A stretch of DNA of 64,000 bases from Coraliomargaritaceae bacterium. GTDB lineage: Bacteria > Verrucomicrobiota > Verrucomicrobiia > Opitutales > Coraliomargaritaceae. This document shows, in pieces, positions 19,705 through 30,285 of this stretch (position 1 is its first letter; each line of letters begins with the position of its first letter). The DNA lies in assembly GCA_965656495.1 (NCBI GenBank), contig CBFHKU010000001.1, positions 274,781-338,780 of the forward strand, given 5' to 3'. The notes under the pieces are model-generated. The model had not been told where the DNA came from. It saw only the letters and a list, made by a program, of their open reading frames with translations, and made no database searches. The position numbers were made by a program, and so were the translations under genes.

Positions 19705-19984
19705 ATATTTTTCTTATTTTGCTGTCTTTCCTAACGCTAATCAATCGAATTTTTTTGCCTTGGAATGCGAAAACCACCATCAGATTAAGCCCTTGGTTAT
19801 TTTTGCCATATATAGCAAAGCGCCTAGACCCGCTTCCTTGTTTTGCGTCTATTCTTAACCTATATTTGTCTTTGAAAACCGACTTTGCCGCGCTGAATGG
19901 AGGCCGTCCTAGTTTGATGTTTTGGTCAGATTTCAACTTACTCCAAATAAATTTTCCGGATATTACGTCTTTTTGCTTATCCAT
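19682..19984 (-). CDS. BrnT-like toxin (divergent)
   Basis: FIWSKLKSDQN...F..A..VF.D and RFAIYG...LMVVF...IRLISVR follow the BrnT pattern; AT-rich. Confidence 0.6.
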   Translation of the reverse strand: MDKQKDVISGKFIWSKLKSDQNIKLGRPPFSAAKSVFKDKYRLRIDAKQGSGSRRFAIYGKNNQGLNLMVVFAFQGKKIRLISVRKDSKIRKIYEREAQR

Positions 19985-20246
19985 ATTTAAAACGGGCATG
20001 CCCCGCGGCCGCTGCTTCCCGGCTTAACTCGGTGTTGCCAAAATCTTTCACTCCTTGAAGCGTTACAGGGCTTGTGCTTTTTAAGTCGTTACGATCTGCA
20101 AGGGAGATCATATAAATAATGATAAAATTCATAATTTGGGTCAATAAGCTTAATAAAGTAAATTAAAGTTGAGATAAATTCTAATCCGAAGCGTTTAATT
20201 ATTAATTTAATTGTATGCGGTGGAGTTTGGCTCTTGTTATAACCTG

Positions 20247-21791
20247 ATGATCGATCCATCACGCACCGTGGCCCTCGTAGGTCGTCCCAATGTGGGCAAG
20301 AGCCGACTCTTCAATCGGCTTTGCGGGCGGCGCATGTCGATCGTGCATGATATGCCGGGTGTGACGCGGGATTTGATCTCGACCGAGGTGGATGACAATT
20401 ACGTCCTGCTCGACACCGGGGGCATCGGGATGGAATTGGAGATGACTCCGAAGCAGATAGCGAATGCGGCAGAGGAGCAGGTGGAGTTTGCAATTCTGGC
20501 GGCGAAGGTGGTGCTCTTTATTGTGGATATTCGGAGTGGACTGACTGCGCTGGATGAAATGGTGGCGGAGAAGTTGCGCCGTTACGGGAAGCAAGTGGTG
20601 CTGGTCTGTAATAAGGTGGACAGTGAAGCGGAGGAGGGCGATGGAGCGGCCTTTGCAAGTCTGGGCTTGGGTTCACCGGTGATGGTATCGGCAGAGCACG
20701 GGCGGGGCATCGGATTTTTGAACACTGAGATCGAGCGGGGCCTGGGGCCCAAGCCTGCGGCAGGTGCGGGCGCGCCGGATCCCCGGATTCGCATCTCGCT
20801 GGTGGGTCGCCCGAATGTCGGGAAGTCCTCCTTGGGGAACGCCCTGCTGCATTCGACGCGCCTGATCGTCTCGGATGTGCCCGGCACGACCCGCGACTCG
20901 GTGGAGTTGGATTTGGATTACGAGCATCCTGATGGTGAGACTTTGAAATTTCGTTTGAGCGATACCGCCGGTCTGCGTTCGAAGCGGAAGGTCGGCAACC
21001 CGGTGGAGTATTTCTCAAATGTGCGGACACAGCACAGCATCGAGCGTTCGGATGTGGTCTTTCTGGTGATTGATGCGGCGGATGGTGTGACAAAACAGGA
21101 TCAGGCCTTGGCGGGCGACATCATGGACGCGGGTAAGGCGATCGTGGTGGTGGTGAATAAATACGATAAAATAAAAGCGCGCTGGGATGAGGAACCGGTT
21201 TCGGGGTTCAAGAATTTAAAACATTTCCTGACGGAGTATGAAAATTCCCTGCGGAAGCAGATGTTTTTCCTGCCGGATCCACCGGTGTTATTTGTTTCGG
21301 CGACGGAGGGCTTCAAGGTAGAAAGTATTTTGGAGACCGCCACGAGTGTGCAGGCGGGTCTGGACTTGAAATTGCCGACGGGTCGATTGAATCGCCTGAT
21401 ACAGGACATGTTTGAGGCGCGGGCACCGAAGCTGGTGGGGATCAAACGCTTCAAGGTTTTCTACGCAGTGCAGACCGGGAATCGACCGATCCGAGTGCGG
21501 TTTTATTGCAACCGCGTGGAACGGCTGGATCCGACTTATCGGCGTTATCTTGAGAAGGGTTTGGTCCACGAGTTCCAGCTCAAGGGTTGTCCGGTGCGTT
21601 TTGACATGGTGGGCAAGGACAAACGCTACGAGGTGGGCGAGGGCGAGAATGCCCCGCGCCAAAGTCGCGAAGTGCAGGATCAACACCGCGAGCGGAAACA
21701 GGGCGAGAAGGCCCGCGAGAAAAAACACCCAGAGCGCCGGGCGAAGGTCACGCAGCGCAAGGCCGCGCACAATCGCAAGCCGCGCCGCTAG
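20247..21791 (+). CDS. der: Ribosome biogenesis GTPase Der
   Basis: Two GRPNVGKS P-loops, DTGG/DTAG, NKVD/NKYD, KH-like C-terminal domain plus basic tail. Confidence 0.96.
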   Translation: MIDPSRTVALVGRPNVGKSRLFNRLCGRRMSIVHDMPGVTRDLISTEVDDNYVLLDTGGIGMELEMTPKQIANAAEEQVEFAILAAKVVLFIVDIRSGLTALDEMVAEKLRRYGKQVVLVCNKVDSEAEEGDGAAFASLGLGSPVMVSAEHGRGIGFLNTEIERGLGPKPAAGAGAPDPRIRISLVGRPNVGKSSLGNALLHSTRLIVSDVPGTTRDSVELDLDYEHPDGETLKFRLSDTAGLRSKRKVGNPVEYFSNVRTQHSIERSDVVFLVIDAADGVTKQDQALAGDIMDAGKAIVVVVNKYDKIKARWDEEPVSGFKNLKHFLTEYENSLRKQMFFLPDPPVLFVSATEGFKVESILETATSVQAGLDLKLPTGRLNRLIQDMFEARAPKLVGIKRFKVFYAVQTGNRPIRVRFYCNRVERLDPTYRRYLEKGLVHEFQLKGCPVRFDMVGKDKRYEVGEGENAPRQSREVQDQHRERKQGEKAREKKHPERRAKVTQRKAAHNRKPRR

Positions 21792-21795
21792 TTGT

Positions 21796-22224
21796 TTAAA
21801 GCCTGATTTTTAGAGGGTTGATCACCGTTACTCTACCGTAGGTTTGAGCATCGGATAAATCTTCGCTGAGAAGATAGTTGCATTCCAATACCTGTGCGGC
21901 CGCTACAATTATGGCATCCCACCAGGAAAGGGCATGTTTGTCCTGCAGGGCATACGCCAGATCCATGAGGGGAGCTTCCAGTGAGAGGGGGTTCCATGCG
22001 CTCAGTGCTTTGATATCCTGCCATGCTTCCGCACGGGAGAGTCCCGGGCTGAGCTTCTGGGTGACGTTTACGAAATACTCGTTCAGGACTTGGATGGAAA
22101 TGCGTCCGTTTCGGTTTTCCCAGAGTTTACGCAAGGCGGTTTCCGCGAGGGCTTGCTTACGCGGTTCTGAGCTGTCACGCGCGTAGATTAGGATGTTGGT
22201 GTCAACAAAGGTCCTAGCGTCCAT
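21796..22224 (-). CDS. PIN-domain toxin (VapC)
   Basis: FVDTNILIYA, QVLNEY, WWDAIIVAAA, LLSEDL. Confidence 0.92.
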   Translation of the reverse strand: MDARTFVDTNILIYARDSSEPRKQALAETALRKLWENRNGRISIQVLNEYFVNVTQKLSPGLSRAEAWQDIKALSAWNPLSLEAPLMDLAYALQDKHALSWWDAIIVAAAQVLECNYLLSEDLSDAQTYGRVTVINPLKIRL

Positions 22225-22444
22225 ACGTTTTCTCGCGGCGGGGATATCGTGCGCGGGAGGATTTAAGGGGTTTGGCTTCCCGGGCAAAGTAGTCCTTTTG
22301 TGCCTGTGCGTAAGTCGCTTCCTGGCGCATCTTCTCCTTCAGGGTATCGCCGAGGATTCGGGACATACTGGTGTTGTTCTTGGCGGCCCAAACTTTAGCC
22401 CAGCGAACCACTTCTTCATCGAGAGTAATGGTCACATTTTTCAT
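22214..22444 (-). CDS. RHH/CopG-type antitoxin
   Basis: MKNVTITLDEEVVRWAKVWAA...SMSRI; overlaps the toxin start. Confidence 0.85.
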   Translation of the reverse strand: MKNVTITLDEEVVRWAKVWAAKNNTSMSRILGDTLKEKMRQEATYAQAQKDYFAREAKPLKSSRARYPRREKTYGR

Positions 22445-22508
22445 ACCATATTAGATTAGTGTGATCAGGCCGAGGGTCAAGGATAGAGCTTTTGGGCGTG
22501 AGCTTCTG

Positions 22509-22546
22509 CAAAAAAAAACCGCCCGCGGCGAGGGGCCGGGGCGGTT
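22509..22546 (-). terminator. Terminator downstream of sodA
   Basis: AACCGCCC...GGGCGGTT stem with A9 run on + (U-run on -). Confidence 0.7.
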
Positions 22547-22571
22547 GGTTTAAAAGCAGGCTGCGGGAGGT

Positions 22572-23198
22572 TTAGCTCTTCGCGGCGGTGTAGTTTGCCT
22601 CGGCGGCGTTCCAATCGACGACATTCCAGAATGCCTCAATGTACGCTGGGCGCAGATTTTGATACTTGAGGTAGTAAGCGTGTTCCCAGACGTCGAGACC
22701 GATGACGGGGGTTCCTTCCACTTCAACGAGTCCCTTCATTTGAGGGTTGTCCTGATTGGGGGTCGAGGTGACGGCGAGTTTGCCTTCAGCGGTCACAACG
22801 AGCCAGGCCCATCCGGAACCGAAACGATTGGCACCGGCGGCGGCAAAGGCGGTCTTGAGGGCGTCGAATCCACCAAGGTCGGCCTCGATGGCCTCCGCGA
22901 GGGTACCGGTTGGGGCGCCGCCTCCGTTGGGGCTGAGGATTTTCCAGAAGAAGGCGTGGTTTACATGACCGCCGCCATTGTTGCGGAAGGCGCCGCGCAC
23001 GTTTTCTGGAACGCGGGACATATCGGCAAAGAGTTCACAGGGGCAGACTGTTTCGAGGCCGGTGCCTTCGAGGGCGGCGCTTACTTTGGTAATATAAGCC
23101 TGGTGATGCTTGGAGTGGTGGATCTCCATGGTGCGGGCATCGAAGTGTGGTTCGAGTGCGTCGTAACTGTATGCGAGTTCGGGTAGTTCGTAAGCCAT
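22572..23198 (-). CDS. sodA: Fe/Mn superoxide dismutase
   Basis: [31 protein letters not shown]. Confidence 0.96.
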   Translation of the reverse strand: MAYELPELAYSYDALEPHFDARTMEIHHSKHHQAYITKVSAALEGTGLETVCPCELFADMSRVPENVRGAFRNNGGGHVNHAFFWKILSPNGGGAPTGTLAEAIEADLGGFDALKTAFAAAGANRFGSGWAWLVVTAEGKLAVTSTPNQDNPQMKGLVEVEGTPVIGLDVWEHAYYLKYQNLRPAYIEAFWNVVDWNAAEANYTAAKS

Positions 23199-23267
23199 AT
23201 TGTTGTATTCGGTTTTGAGTGAAGTTTGAGAGTGAGTATTTATGGGGATGGGGCGCAGGCTGTCAAA

Positions 23268-23834
23268 TCAAGGGGATTCAAAATCTTCAGGAAAAGGTGC
23301 CGGGTCATTCGACGCGGTTTTTTTAGCGGCGTTGAGGGCGCGTTTTTTTTCAAAGAAGGCGCGGAGGATTTCGTGGTTGAGGTCTTCCAGAATGCCGCCG
23401 GTGGATTCGAAGTGGTGATTGCTGCGGGGAAGGGCGCCGAGGTCGGTGGCGCCACCGAGGCAGCCCATCTTTTCGTCGGGGAGGCCGAAAAAGACTTTTC
23501 CGATGCGGGCAATGACGAGGGCGCCGGAACACATGGGGCAGGGTTCTTTGGTGACGTAAAGGGTACACTCGTTGAGTCGCCAATCGCCCAAGGCGTGGGC
23601 GGCCTGCGAGATCGCGAGGATTTCAGCGTGGGCGGTGGGATCATTGGTGGAGCGGGATTGGTTGTGCGCCGCCGCAATGATACGGCCTTGGTGCTCGATG
23701 ACTGCGCCAATCGGGACCTCGTCTTTTTTCCATGCTTCAATCGCTTCGTTGTAGGCATGCGTCATGAAGTAGTCCGCATCCCGGTGGAGTTCCGAGGGGT
23801 GGATTTTTTCAAAGGGACAGGGTTGTGGTTCCAT
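23268..23834 (-). CDS. tadA: tRNA adenosine(34) deaminase
   Basis: EVPIGAV, DPTAHAE, EPCPMCSGA. Confidence 0.92.
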   Translation of the reverse strand: MEPQPCPFEKIHPSELHRDADYFMTHAYNEAIEAWKKDEVPIGAVIEHQGRIIAAAHNQSRSTNDPTAHAEILAISQAAHALGDWRLNECTLYVTKEPCPMCSGALVIARIGKVFFGLPDEKMGCLGGATDLGALPRSNHHFESTGGILEDLNHEILRAFFEKKRALNAAKKTASNDPAPFPEDFESP

Positions 23835-23983
23835 GCTGGTGTCGAAGGAATGCTTGTTTGCTTGGAACGATGCCTGAAGGGATTAAAATTTCGAGACTTT
23901 AGTGCGAGGCGGGGAATCAGAGCACACTTGACTTTCAGGTGTGCAACGATTTGCTCCACAGTTTAGTTTTTTCAAATTGATAT

Positions 23984-24265
23984 ATGGCGAAAGCATCCAG
24001 TGAAGATTACGTAGAAGTTGAAGGTAAGATCGTTTCGGTTTTGCCGGGGACTATGTTTCGGGTTGAGTTGGAAAATGGCCACCGTGTCTTGGCGCACATT
24101 TCGGGCAAGCTTCGCAAGCACTTCATCAAGATCACGACCGGTGATACCGTCAAAATGGAGATGAGTCCGCACGATTTGGACAAGGCGCGGATCGTGTATC
24201 GCCTGCGCAATGCCGCGGTACAACGGAATGCCCCCCGGCGGAGCTTCGGCCCGCGTCGCCGGTAA
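23984..24265 (+). CDS. infA: Translation initiation factor IF-1
   Basis: [26 protein letters not shown]; Arg-rich C-terminal extension. Confidence 0.96.
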   Translation: MAKASSEDYVEVEGKIVSVLPGTMFRVELENGHRVLAHISGKLRKHFIKITTGDTVKMEMSPHDLDKARIVYRLRNAAVQRNAPRRSFGPRRR

Positions 24266-24363
24266 TCAAGTTTTGCGGCTAGGGTATTCTGGCATGCTTT
24301 ACGGGCTTGCAGACCGCGCGCGAGGCACCAATAGTAGAGGTTTCATCTTTAACTAAAATTACC

Positions 24364-25323
24364 ATGAGCCAAGCATTCCAGTCCATTGACCAAACCGTCG
24401 GCAATACACCCCTCGTCAAAATCAATCACCTCACCGAGGGACTCGAGGCGGATATTTATCTCAAATGTGAATTTTTCAACCCGCTTGCGAGCGTGAAGGA
24501 CCGCATCGGAAAAGCGATGATCGAAGCGGCGGAAGCTGCGGGAAAGATCGATTCCGAAAGTATCATTATTGAGCCGACTTCCGGCAACACCGGGATCGCG
24601 CTGGCTTTCGTATGTGCCGCCAAGGGCTACAAGCTCATCCTCACCATGCCGGAAACCATGTCGCTGGAGCGCCGTGTTTTGTTGCGTATGTTGGGTGCGG
24701 AAATCGTTTTGACCCCGGGGCCCAAAGGGATGCCCGGAGCGATTGCCCGCGCCAAGGAATTGGTGGAGGAATACGGGGAGAAGGCATTCATGCCCCAGCA
24801 GTTTGAAAATCCTGCCAATCCCGAGATTCACCGCAAAACCACCGCCGAGGAAATCTGGGCCGCCACGGACGGCAAGATCGATGCGTTTGTGTCGGGCGTC
24901 GGAACCGGTGGTACGATTACAGGGGTTTCAGAAGTCATCAAATCCCGCAAGGAACTGTTCACGGTGGCGGTGGAGCCGGAAGCCAGTCCCGTTATTTCCG
25001 GCGGTCAACCCGGCCCCCATAAGATCCAAGGCATTGGTGCCGGTTTCATTCCCAAAAATTGCAACACTGAGATCATCGACGACATCATCAAGGTTTCCAA
25101 CGAGAACGCCTTTGCCACCGCGCAGGCACTCTCCGAGAAAGACGGCATCCTCGGTGGAATTTCCACCGGTGCAAATGTCTGGGCCGCGATGGAGTTGGCG
25201 AAACGCCCGGAAATGAAGGGTAAGACCATCGTGACGATCGGTTGCAGTTTCGGCGAACGCTATCTCTCCACACCTTTGGCAGAAAAAGCGCACAATGAAA
25301 TGAGCGCCGCCACGGTTGGGTAG
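24364..25323 (+). CDS. cysK: Cysteine synthase A
   Basis: [37 protein letters not shown]. Confidence 0.96.
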   Translation: MSQAFQSIDQTVGNTPLVKINHLTEGLEADIYLKCEFFNPLASVKDRIGKAMIEAAEAAGKIDSESIIIEPTSGNTGIALAFVCAAKGYKLILTMPETMSLERRVLLRMLGAEIVLTPGPKGMPGAIARAKELVEEYGEKAFMPQQFENPANPEIHRKTTAEEIWAATDGKIDAFVSGVGTGGTITGVSEVIKSRKELFTVAVEPEASPVISGGQPGPHKIQGIGAGFIPKNCNTEIIDDIIKVSNENAFATAQALSEKDGILGGISTGANVWAAMELAKRPEMKGKTIVTIGCSFGERYLSTPLAEKAHNEMSAATVG

Positions 25324-25403
25324 GAGCTTTTCCGAAGCGATTGCCCGGGTGCGGCAAGTCTTGACTTGAGTCGCATTACGGCTTTCATGCACAACTTCAA
25401 TTT

Positions 25404-25679
<276 letters not shown>

Positions 25680-26171
25680 GGGGCGAAGGGGGTCTTTGTG
25701 TCTTACAATAATTGCTTTACAAATTGGTTATAAAAAAATAATTTAGTAGTTTAATAAGTTTAAATATAAATTTAATGCAGCTTTTACGCTATTCTTTTTC
25801 AATTGGAAGGTTCGTCTTTGCCTTTAGTGTCATGAGGGCGGAGAAGCAGGGTGTTAAGCGAAAGCCTGATACGCATTTGAATTTAAGCCGGAAATTAAAA
25901 TTCCTTCGTGGGCATGCTTTGAAGCGACATCCTAACTATGGCGGTGCCCGCGAGATCAGTAAAAGATATAAATATTATAAAGAACGGCAATATAGAATGC
26001 CTGCTGGGTCATCACGTCCTCAAAATAAATCGCCCCGGAGGTCTGTCTCTGCTGGATCCCAGCGGAGGTATAAAAATCACGCCCCGCCTCAATTTCCTCG
26101 GAAACAAAGTTTGAGTGTTCGTTAGTCCTGAATCATAATCGAACAACGTAAACCTGTCGCGGGCTTGATTT

Positions 26172-26840
26172 TTATAGTACGTTAAAAGGGATGGGGACGC
26201 GGGTGCGGGTGTTTACTTTTTTACCGTCTTTTTCGCCGGGGCTGAAGGTCCACTTACGTACGGCGTCGATGGCATAGGTCTCGAAGATGGGGTCGCTGGA
26301 TTGGACGACCTGAACGTTGATGACGCGGCCTTCCGTGGTAATGATGAATTCGAGGAGGACGCGACCATTGAGGCCCATGCGCAGGGCGTTGGGTGGAAAG
26401 ACCGGGGGCATTTGACGGCGGGGTCGTGGTTTTTGATCGAGGTCTGAAATTTCGAAGATTTGAAGGGAGCCAAGATCCTGTTGATTGACTTGCCGGAGAT
26501 GGGGGAGGGCGAAGTCTCCTGCCATGAGACCGGTGGATCCGGTGCCGGGATTGAGGATTACGTCAAGCTGTTCGAGCGTGATGGGTGGCGGTTCGCTTTC
26601 CAATTCAGGCGGCGGTTCTTCTTCCTCGGGAGGTGGCGGCGGTTCTTCCTCTTCGGGGGGCGGGGGCGGAGGCGGTGTGGCAACAACCCACTCCTCGATG
26701 GATTCGGGCGGTTGTTCGTAGTCCGTCATGAGGTGGGTCATGGGAATCGCTACGAAAATGAGGAAGGTTGCAAGAAGACCAAGGATGCCACTGCTAATGA
26801 GCAGACTCCGGATTCGAGGGGATTGATAGATGCCAGCCAC
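26172..26840 (-). CDS. tonB: Energy transducer TonB
   Basis: N-terminal TM anchor, Pro/Glu-rich linker, C-terminal TonB domain (AVRKWTFSPG). Confidence 0.9.
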   Translation of the reverse strand: MAGIYQSPRIRSLLISSGILGLLATFLIFVAIPMTHLMTDYEQPPESIEEWVVATPPPPPPPEEEEPPPPPEEEEPPPELESEPPPITLEQLDVILNPGTGSTGLMAGDFALPHLRQVNQQDLGSLQIFEISDLDQKPRPRRQMPPVFPPNALRMGLNGRVLLEFIITTEGRVINVQVVQSSDPIFETYAIDAVRKWTFSPGEKDGKKVNTRTRVPIPFNVL

Positions 26841-26970
26841 AATTATTCCTTTTTATATACAATTAATTAAAATGGAGCGTATATGCGAAACAAAATTCCT
26901 AAAAATTAAAAATTTAACAAAAAGTGGTTATTGAGGCGACAAAGATGGTCTTTGTGCTTATCAATAAGTT

Positions 26971-27570
26971 ATGTTTACAGGAATCGTAGAGGAGCTAGGC
27001 AAGGTGCTTGCCTTTGATGAGGGCGAAAAGAGCTGGCGGCTGGTGGTCGAGGCGGAAGCGGTGACGCAGGGCTTGCAGATGGGTGACAGCGTGGCGGTGA
27101 ATGGTTGCTGCCTCACGGCGGTGGATATCGCGGCGGGTCGGGTTGAATTTGATTTATTGGCGGAGAGTGTGCGCCTGACCTCGATTGGGGACCTAGGGCC
27201 GGGAGGGGTGGTCAATTTAGAGCGGGCCCTGCAACCGTCGAGCCGGATGGGGGGGCATTTTGTGACGGGCCACGTGGATCGAACCGGGGTGATTGAAGCG
27301 CTGGAGTCGCGCGCAAAGGATTATTTCCTGCGGATTCGGCCCGAGGCGGAGGATTTAAAATACGTGGTGCACAAGGGTTGCATCGCGGTGGATGGTATTT
27401 CGCTGACGGTCGCGGAGGTCGATGCAACGGGTTTTGCGATATGGCTGATTCCGCACACGATGGAGGTGACGAATCTCCATGCGAAAAAAGCGGGTGACCG
27501 CGTGAATCTGGAATACGACCTGATTGCGAAATATGTCGAAAAGCTGGGTGCTTCGAGCGTCCGGGCTTAG
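26971..27570 (+). CDS. ribE: Riboflavin synthase (alpha chain)
   Basis: [37 protein letters not shown]. Confidence 0.96.
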   Translation: MFTGIVEELGKVLAFDEGEKSWRLVVEAEAVTQGLQMGDSVAVNGCCLTAVDIAAGRVEFDLLAESVRLTSIGDLGPGGVVNLERALQPSSRMGGHFVTGHVDRTGVIEALESRAKDYFLRIRPEAEDLKYVVHKGCIAVDGISLTVAEVDATGFAIWLIPHTMEVTNLHAKKAGDRVNLEYDLIAKYVEKLGASSVRA

Positions 27571-28217
27571 GATGCCCGCTCGGCGGGGTTGGTAATATTC
27601 ATGGAGCGAAAGAGGAACCCGGCAGCGGTGGCGGCGAGGATTTGCGCGAGGGAGTAGATTGGGAAGCAGTCCCAGGCGAGGAACCCGTTAGTGCAAAGGG
27701 CAAGGGTAATGGCGGGGTTGAAGGCTGCGAATGAAACCGGGCCTACGGCATAGGCACCTGCGCCAACGATGGCACCAATCGCGATTCCATAAAAACCATT
27801 CCCCACCGTTCCCTGTGCGATGGCGACATTCAAGATGACCCACATGAGGGCAAAGGTGAAGAGGAACTCCACGATTACGGCGCGGGGTTGGTCGGGTTGG
27901 AGGGCGGAGATTTGGGCCAGTTCGGCGGGGAAGAGACCTTGGAGGGTTGCGGCGGCGGCGAGCGCGGCTGGGAAAATTGCGAGGAGATAGGGGAGGCACT
28001 CGCGGGGAGGATGGGTGCCGGCGCTGAGGTAGGTGACGGTGGTGGCGGGGTTGAAGTGCGCTTTTGAAATATGCCCGCAACTATAGACAAGGGCTGCGAG
28101 GCCAAGGGTGACCGCCAGGGGTGTGAAATCTGCGGCATTGGGTAGGACGACGCAGATGCCGATAATGAGGTATAGGAAATAAGTGCCGATAGCCTCGGCA
28201 ATCAGTTTATTTTTCAT
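27567..28217 (-). CDS. MIP/aquaporin family channel
   Basis: Two NPA boxes (AHFNPA, AAFNPA), six hydrophobic segments; last gene of the ars operon. Confidence 0.92.
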   Translation of the reverse strand: MKNKLIAEAIGTYFLYLIIGICVVLPNAADFTPLAVTLGLAALVYSCGHISKAHFNPATTVTYLSAGTHPPRECLPYLLAIFPAALAAAATLQGLFPAELAQISALQPDQPRAVIVEFLFTFALMWVILNVAIAQGTVGNGFYGIAIGAIVGAGAYAVGPVSFAAFNPAITLALCTNGFLAWDCFPIYSLAQILAATAAGFLFRSMNITNPAERAS

Positions 28218-28241
28218 AAGGCGGTTTTGGGTGGCGGGTCG

Positions 28242-28679
28242 TTAGTCTGTTTGTGCTTCACGAAAGCCAGCGGCGTAGGCCTCAAAGACGAGTTTGATTT
28301 GGTCGCGGATGCGGCGGAAGGCGTCGAGTTCGCTTTCGCCCTCGCGGACGGCATGGGGTGGGTCCTCGAATCCCCAATGGTAGCGGTTGAGCATTCCGGG
28401 GAAGGTGGGGCAGGCTTGGTCGGCATTGCCGCAGACCGTAATGACGGTGGTGATTCCGGCATTGAGGTATTGGTCGAGGTGGTCGGAGGTATGATGGGAG
28501 GCGTCGATGCCGATTTCGGCAAGGGCTTCGAGGGCGAGGGGATGAACGGCGCCCTTGGGTTTGGAGCCGGCACTGAAGACTTCAAAAAGGTCGCCGCCGG
28601 CGGCGCGCAAAATGCCTTCCGCCATATGGCTGCGGCAGGAGTTTCCGGTGCAGAGGATGAGTACTTTTGGTTTTTTCAT
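28242..28679 (-). CDS. arsC: Arsenate reductase ArsC (LMW-PTP type)
   Basis: [26 protein letters not shown]. Confidence 0.93.
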   Translation of the reverse strand: MKKPKVLILCTGNSCRSHMAEGILRAAGGDLFEVFSAGSKPKGAVHPLALEALAEIGIDASHHTSDHLDQYLNAGITTVITVCGNADQACPTFPGMLNRYHWGFEDPPHAVREGESELDAFRRIRDQIKLVFEAYAAGFREAQTD

Positions 28680-28699
28680 AGGTTAGGATTGAGCGTTAA

Positions 28700-29656
28700 T
28701 TATAGAAATGGAGCGAGGGCGTTCAAAAGATAGCCGGTAAAGATGATGGCAAGGGTCGTGATCCCGAAATAGAGCGCGATGAGTTGGAGGCGCATGGTGC
28801 GCCGCAGCATGATGGCCTCCGGAAGGCTGAGGGCGGCCATTGCCATCATGAAGGCGAGAGCGGTGCCGAGGGGGATGCCCTTCTGGAAGAGAACCACTGC
28901 GACCGGCACGATTGCGGCGCAACTGCCATACATCGGCACGCCCAGAGTGGTGGCGAGTGGAACGGAGAAAATTCCGGTGGTTTCAATGAGGGCATGAATG
29001 GTCTCCTGCGGGACGTAATTATGAATGAAGGCGCCGATGCCAACGCCCACGATGACCCACAGCCAGATTTGACGGATGACGCTGATGGATTCGTCGATTC
29101 CGTAGCGGAGACGCAAGAGGAAGTTGAATTGTGTTGGTTGGGATTCGTTTTGGTTAGACTGGATAAAATCGCGCTCGAGGAGGTGGCGGAGTTTCATTTT
29201 CCCAAGGATCGCGCCCGCGGCGGTACCAATGAAAAGCCCGCTGGCGACGTAGGCGAGGGTCACGGGAATTCCGAATTCACCCGCCATGAGGATAACGAGG
29301 TATTCGTTGATGATGGGGGAGGTGATGAGGAAGGAGAAGGTCACACCAAGGGGGACACCGGCCTTTAGGAGGCTGATGAATATGGGGACGGAGGAGCAGG
29401 AACAAAAGGGGGTGATCGCACCGAAAAGAGCGGCGACGAGGTTGCCCCAGATGCCGCCCCGGTTCATCCATTCGCGGAGACGTTGCTCGGGCAACCAGGT
29501 GCGGAGCACCCCGATTGCGAAGATCATGACCGCCAGAAGCAGGAAGATCTTGAGGGTGTCGTAGACAAAGAAATGGAGGGCCGCGCCGAATTTTGTATCG
29601 GGATCGAGGCCTGCCAGATCATAGACCAGACGGTTGGCAGTTGCTTCTAACAACAC
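28700..29656 (-). CDS. arsP: ArsP-like permease (DUF318)
   Basis: [21 protein letters not shown] motifs. Confidence 0.88.
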   Translation of the reverse strand: MLLEATANRLVYDLAGLDPDTKFGAALHFFVYDTLKIFLLLAVMIFAIGVLRTWLPEQRLREWMNRGGIWGNLVAALFGAITPFCSCSSVPIFISLLKAGVPLGVTFSFLITSPIINEYLVILMAGEFGIPVTLAYVASGLFIGTAAGAILGKMKLRHLLERDFIQSNQNESQPTQFNFLLRLRYGIDESISVIRQIWLWVIVGVGIGAFIHNYVPQETIHALIETTGIFSVPLATTLGVPMYGSCAAIVPVAVVLFQKGIPLGTALAFMMAMAALSLPEAIMLRRTMRLQLIALYFGITTLAIIFTGYLLNALAPFL

Positions 29657-29838
29657 TTGCCTCCCTTGCCATCGCCTTGATCGCCGGAGCAGCAGGCGTT
29701 GTCGGACTGCGCCTCGGCCTTGGCTTTCATGGCATCATCCATCTTTGTGAAGATGCGCTTGAAGAAGCCTTCAGGTTTTGGGTTTTGGGAAGCATCGCTT
29801 GGTTTTGCTTCGTGGGTAGGTTCTTTGTTTTCGCTCAT
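29647..29838 (-). CDS. Small protein with two CC pairs (possible As/metal-binding)
   Basis: 63 aa ending [17 protein letters not shown], between arsR and arsP. Confidence 0.7.
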   Translation of the reverse strand: MSENKEPTHEAKPSDASQNPKPEGFFKRIFTKMDDAMKAKAEAQSDNACCSGDQGDGKGGKCC

Positions 29839-29855
29839 GGTAAATCGGTTATTTA

Positions 29856-30236
29856 TTAGCTACAGAGGGCTGCAATGAGGTTCTCAGGGCAGGCGGATTT
29901 GGGAGTAGCGAGCTGTTTGAGGAGCTGGGCGCGGGCGCGTTGGTCGGTCTTTAGTTGGCGTCCAGAGGGGTCTTTGGCACTGCGGAGGTGCTCTAAATTC
30001 GTCAGGAGCAATTCGGAGCTTGGTTGGGCAAGGCGGTAGATCATCCAGGTGCCGCGCCGTTCTGCTTCAACCAGCCCTGCGGTTTTGAGGTAGGCCAGTT
30101 GCTTGGAAATTTTTACCTGCGGGGCATCCAGGAGGGTTTGCAGGTGGCAGACGCAAAGGGGGCTTTCTTCCAGAAGATTGAGCAGGCGCACCCGTTGTGG
30201 GTCCGCGAGACATTTGTAGATTTCAGACGTTTGCAC
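29856..30236 (-). CDS. arsR: ArsR/SmtB family repressor
   Basis: LADPQR, LCVCHL (CVC As(III) site), SKQLAYLK, RRGTWMIY. Confidence 0.92.
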   Translation of the reverse strand: MQTSEIYKCLADPQRVRLLNLLEESPLCVCHLQTLLDAPQVKISKQLAYLKTAGLVEAERRGTWMIYRLAQPSSELLLTNLEHLRSAKDPSGRQLKTDQRARAQLLKQLATPKSACPENLIAALCS

Positions 30237-30244
30237 GGAGACAA

Positions 30245-30266
30245 TATATTCCGATTTTGGAATATA
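30245..30266 (-). promoter_or_regulatory. Putative ArsR operator within the ars promoter
   Basis: TATATTCC-N6-GGAATATA perfect inverted repeat just downstream of TTGACT (-35, minus strand). Confidence 0.7.
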
Positions 30267-30285
30267 CAGTCAAGGGTATATAGTG

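Noticed and set aside
26840..26970. FMN riboswitch upstream of riboflavin synthase
   Set aside because: Short AT-rich divergent promoter region with no RFN consensus motifs.
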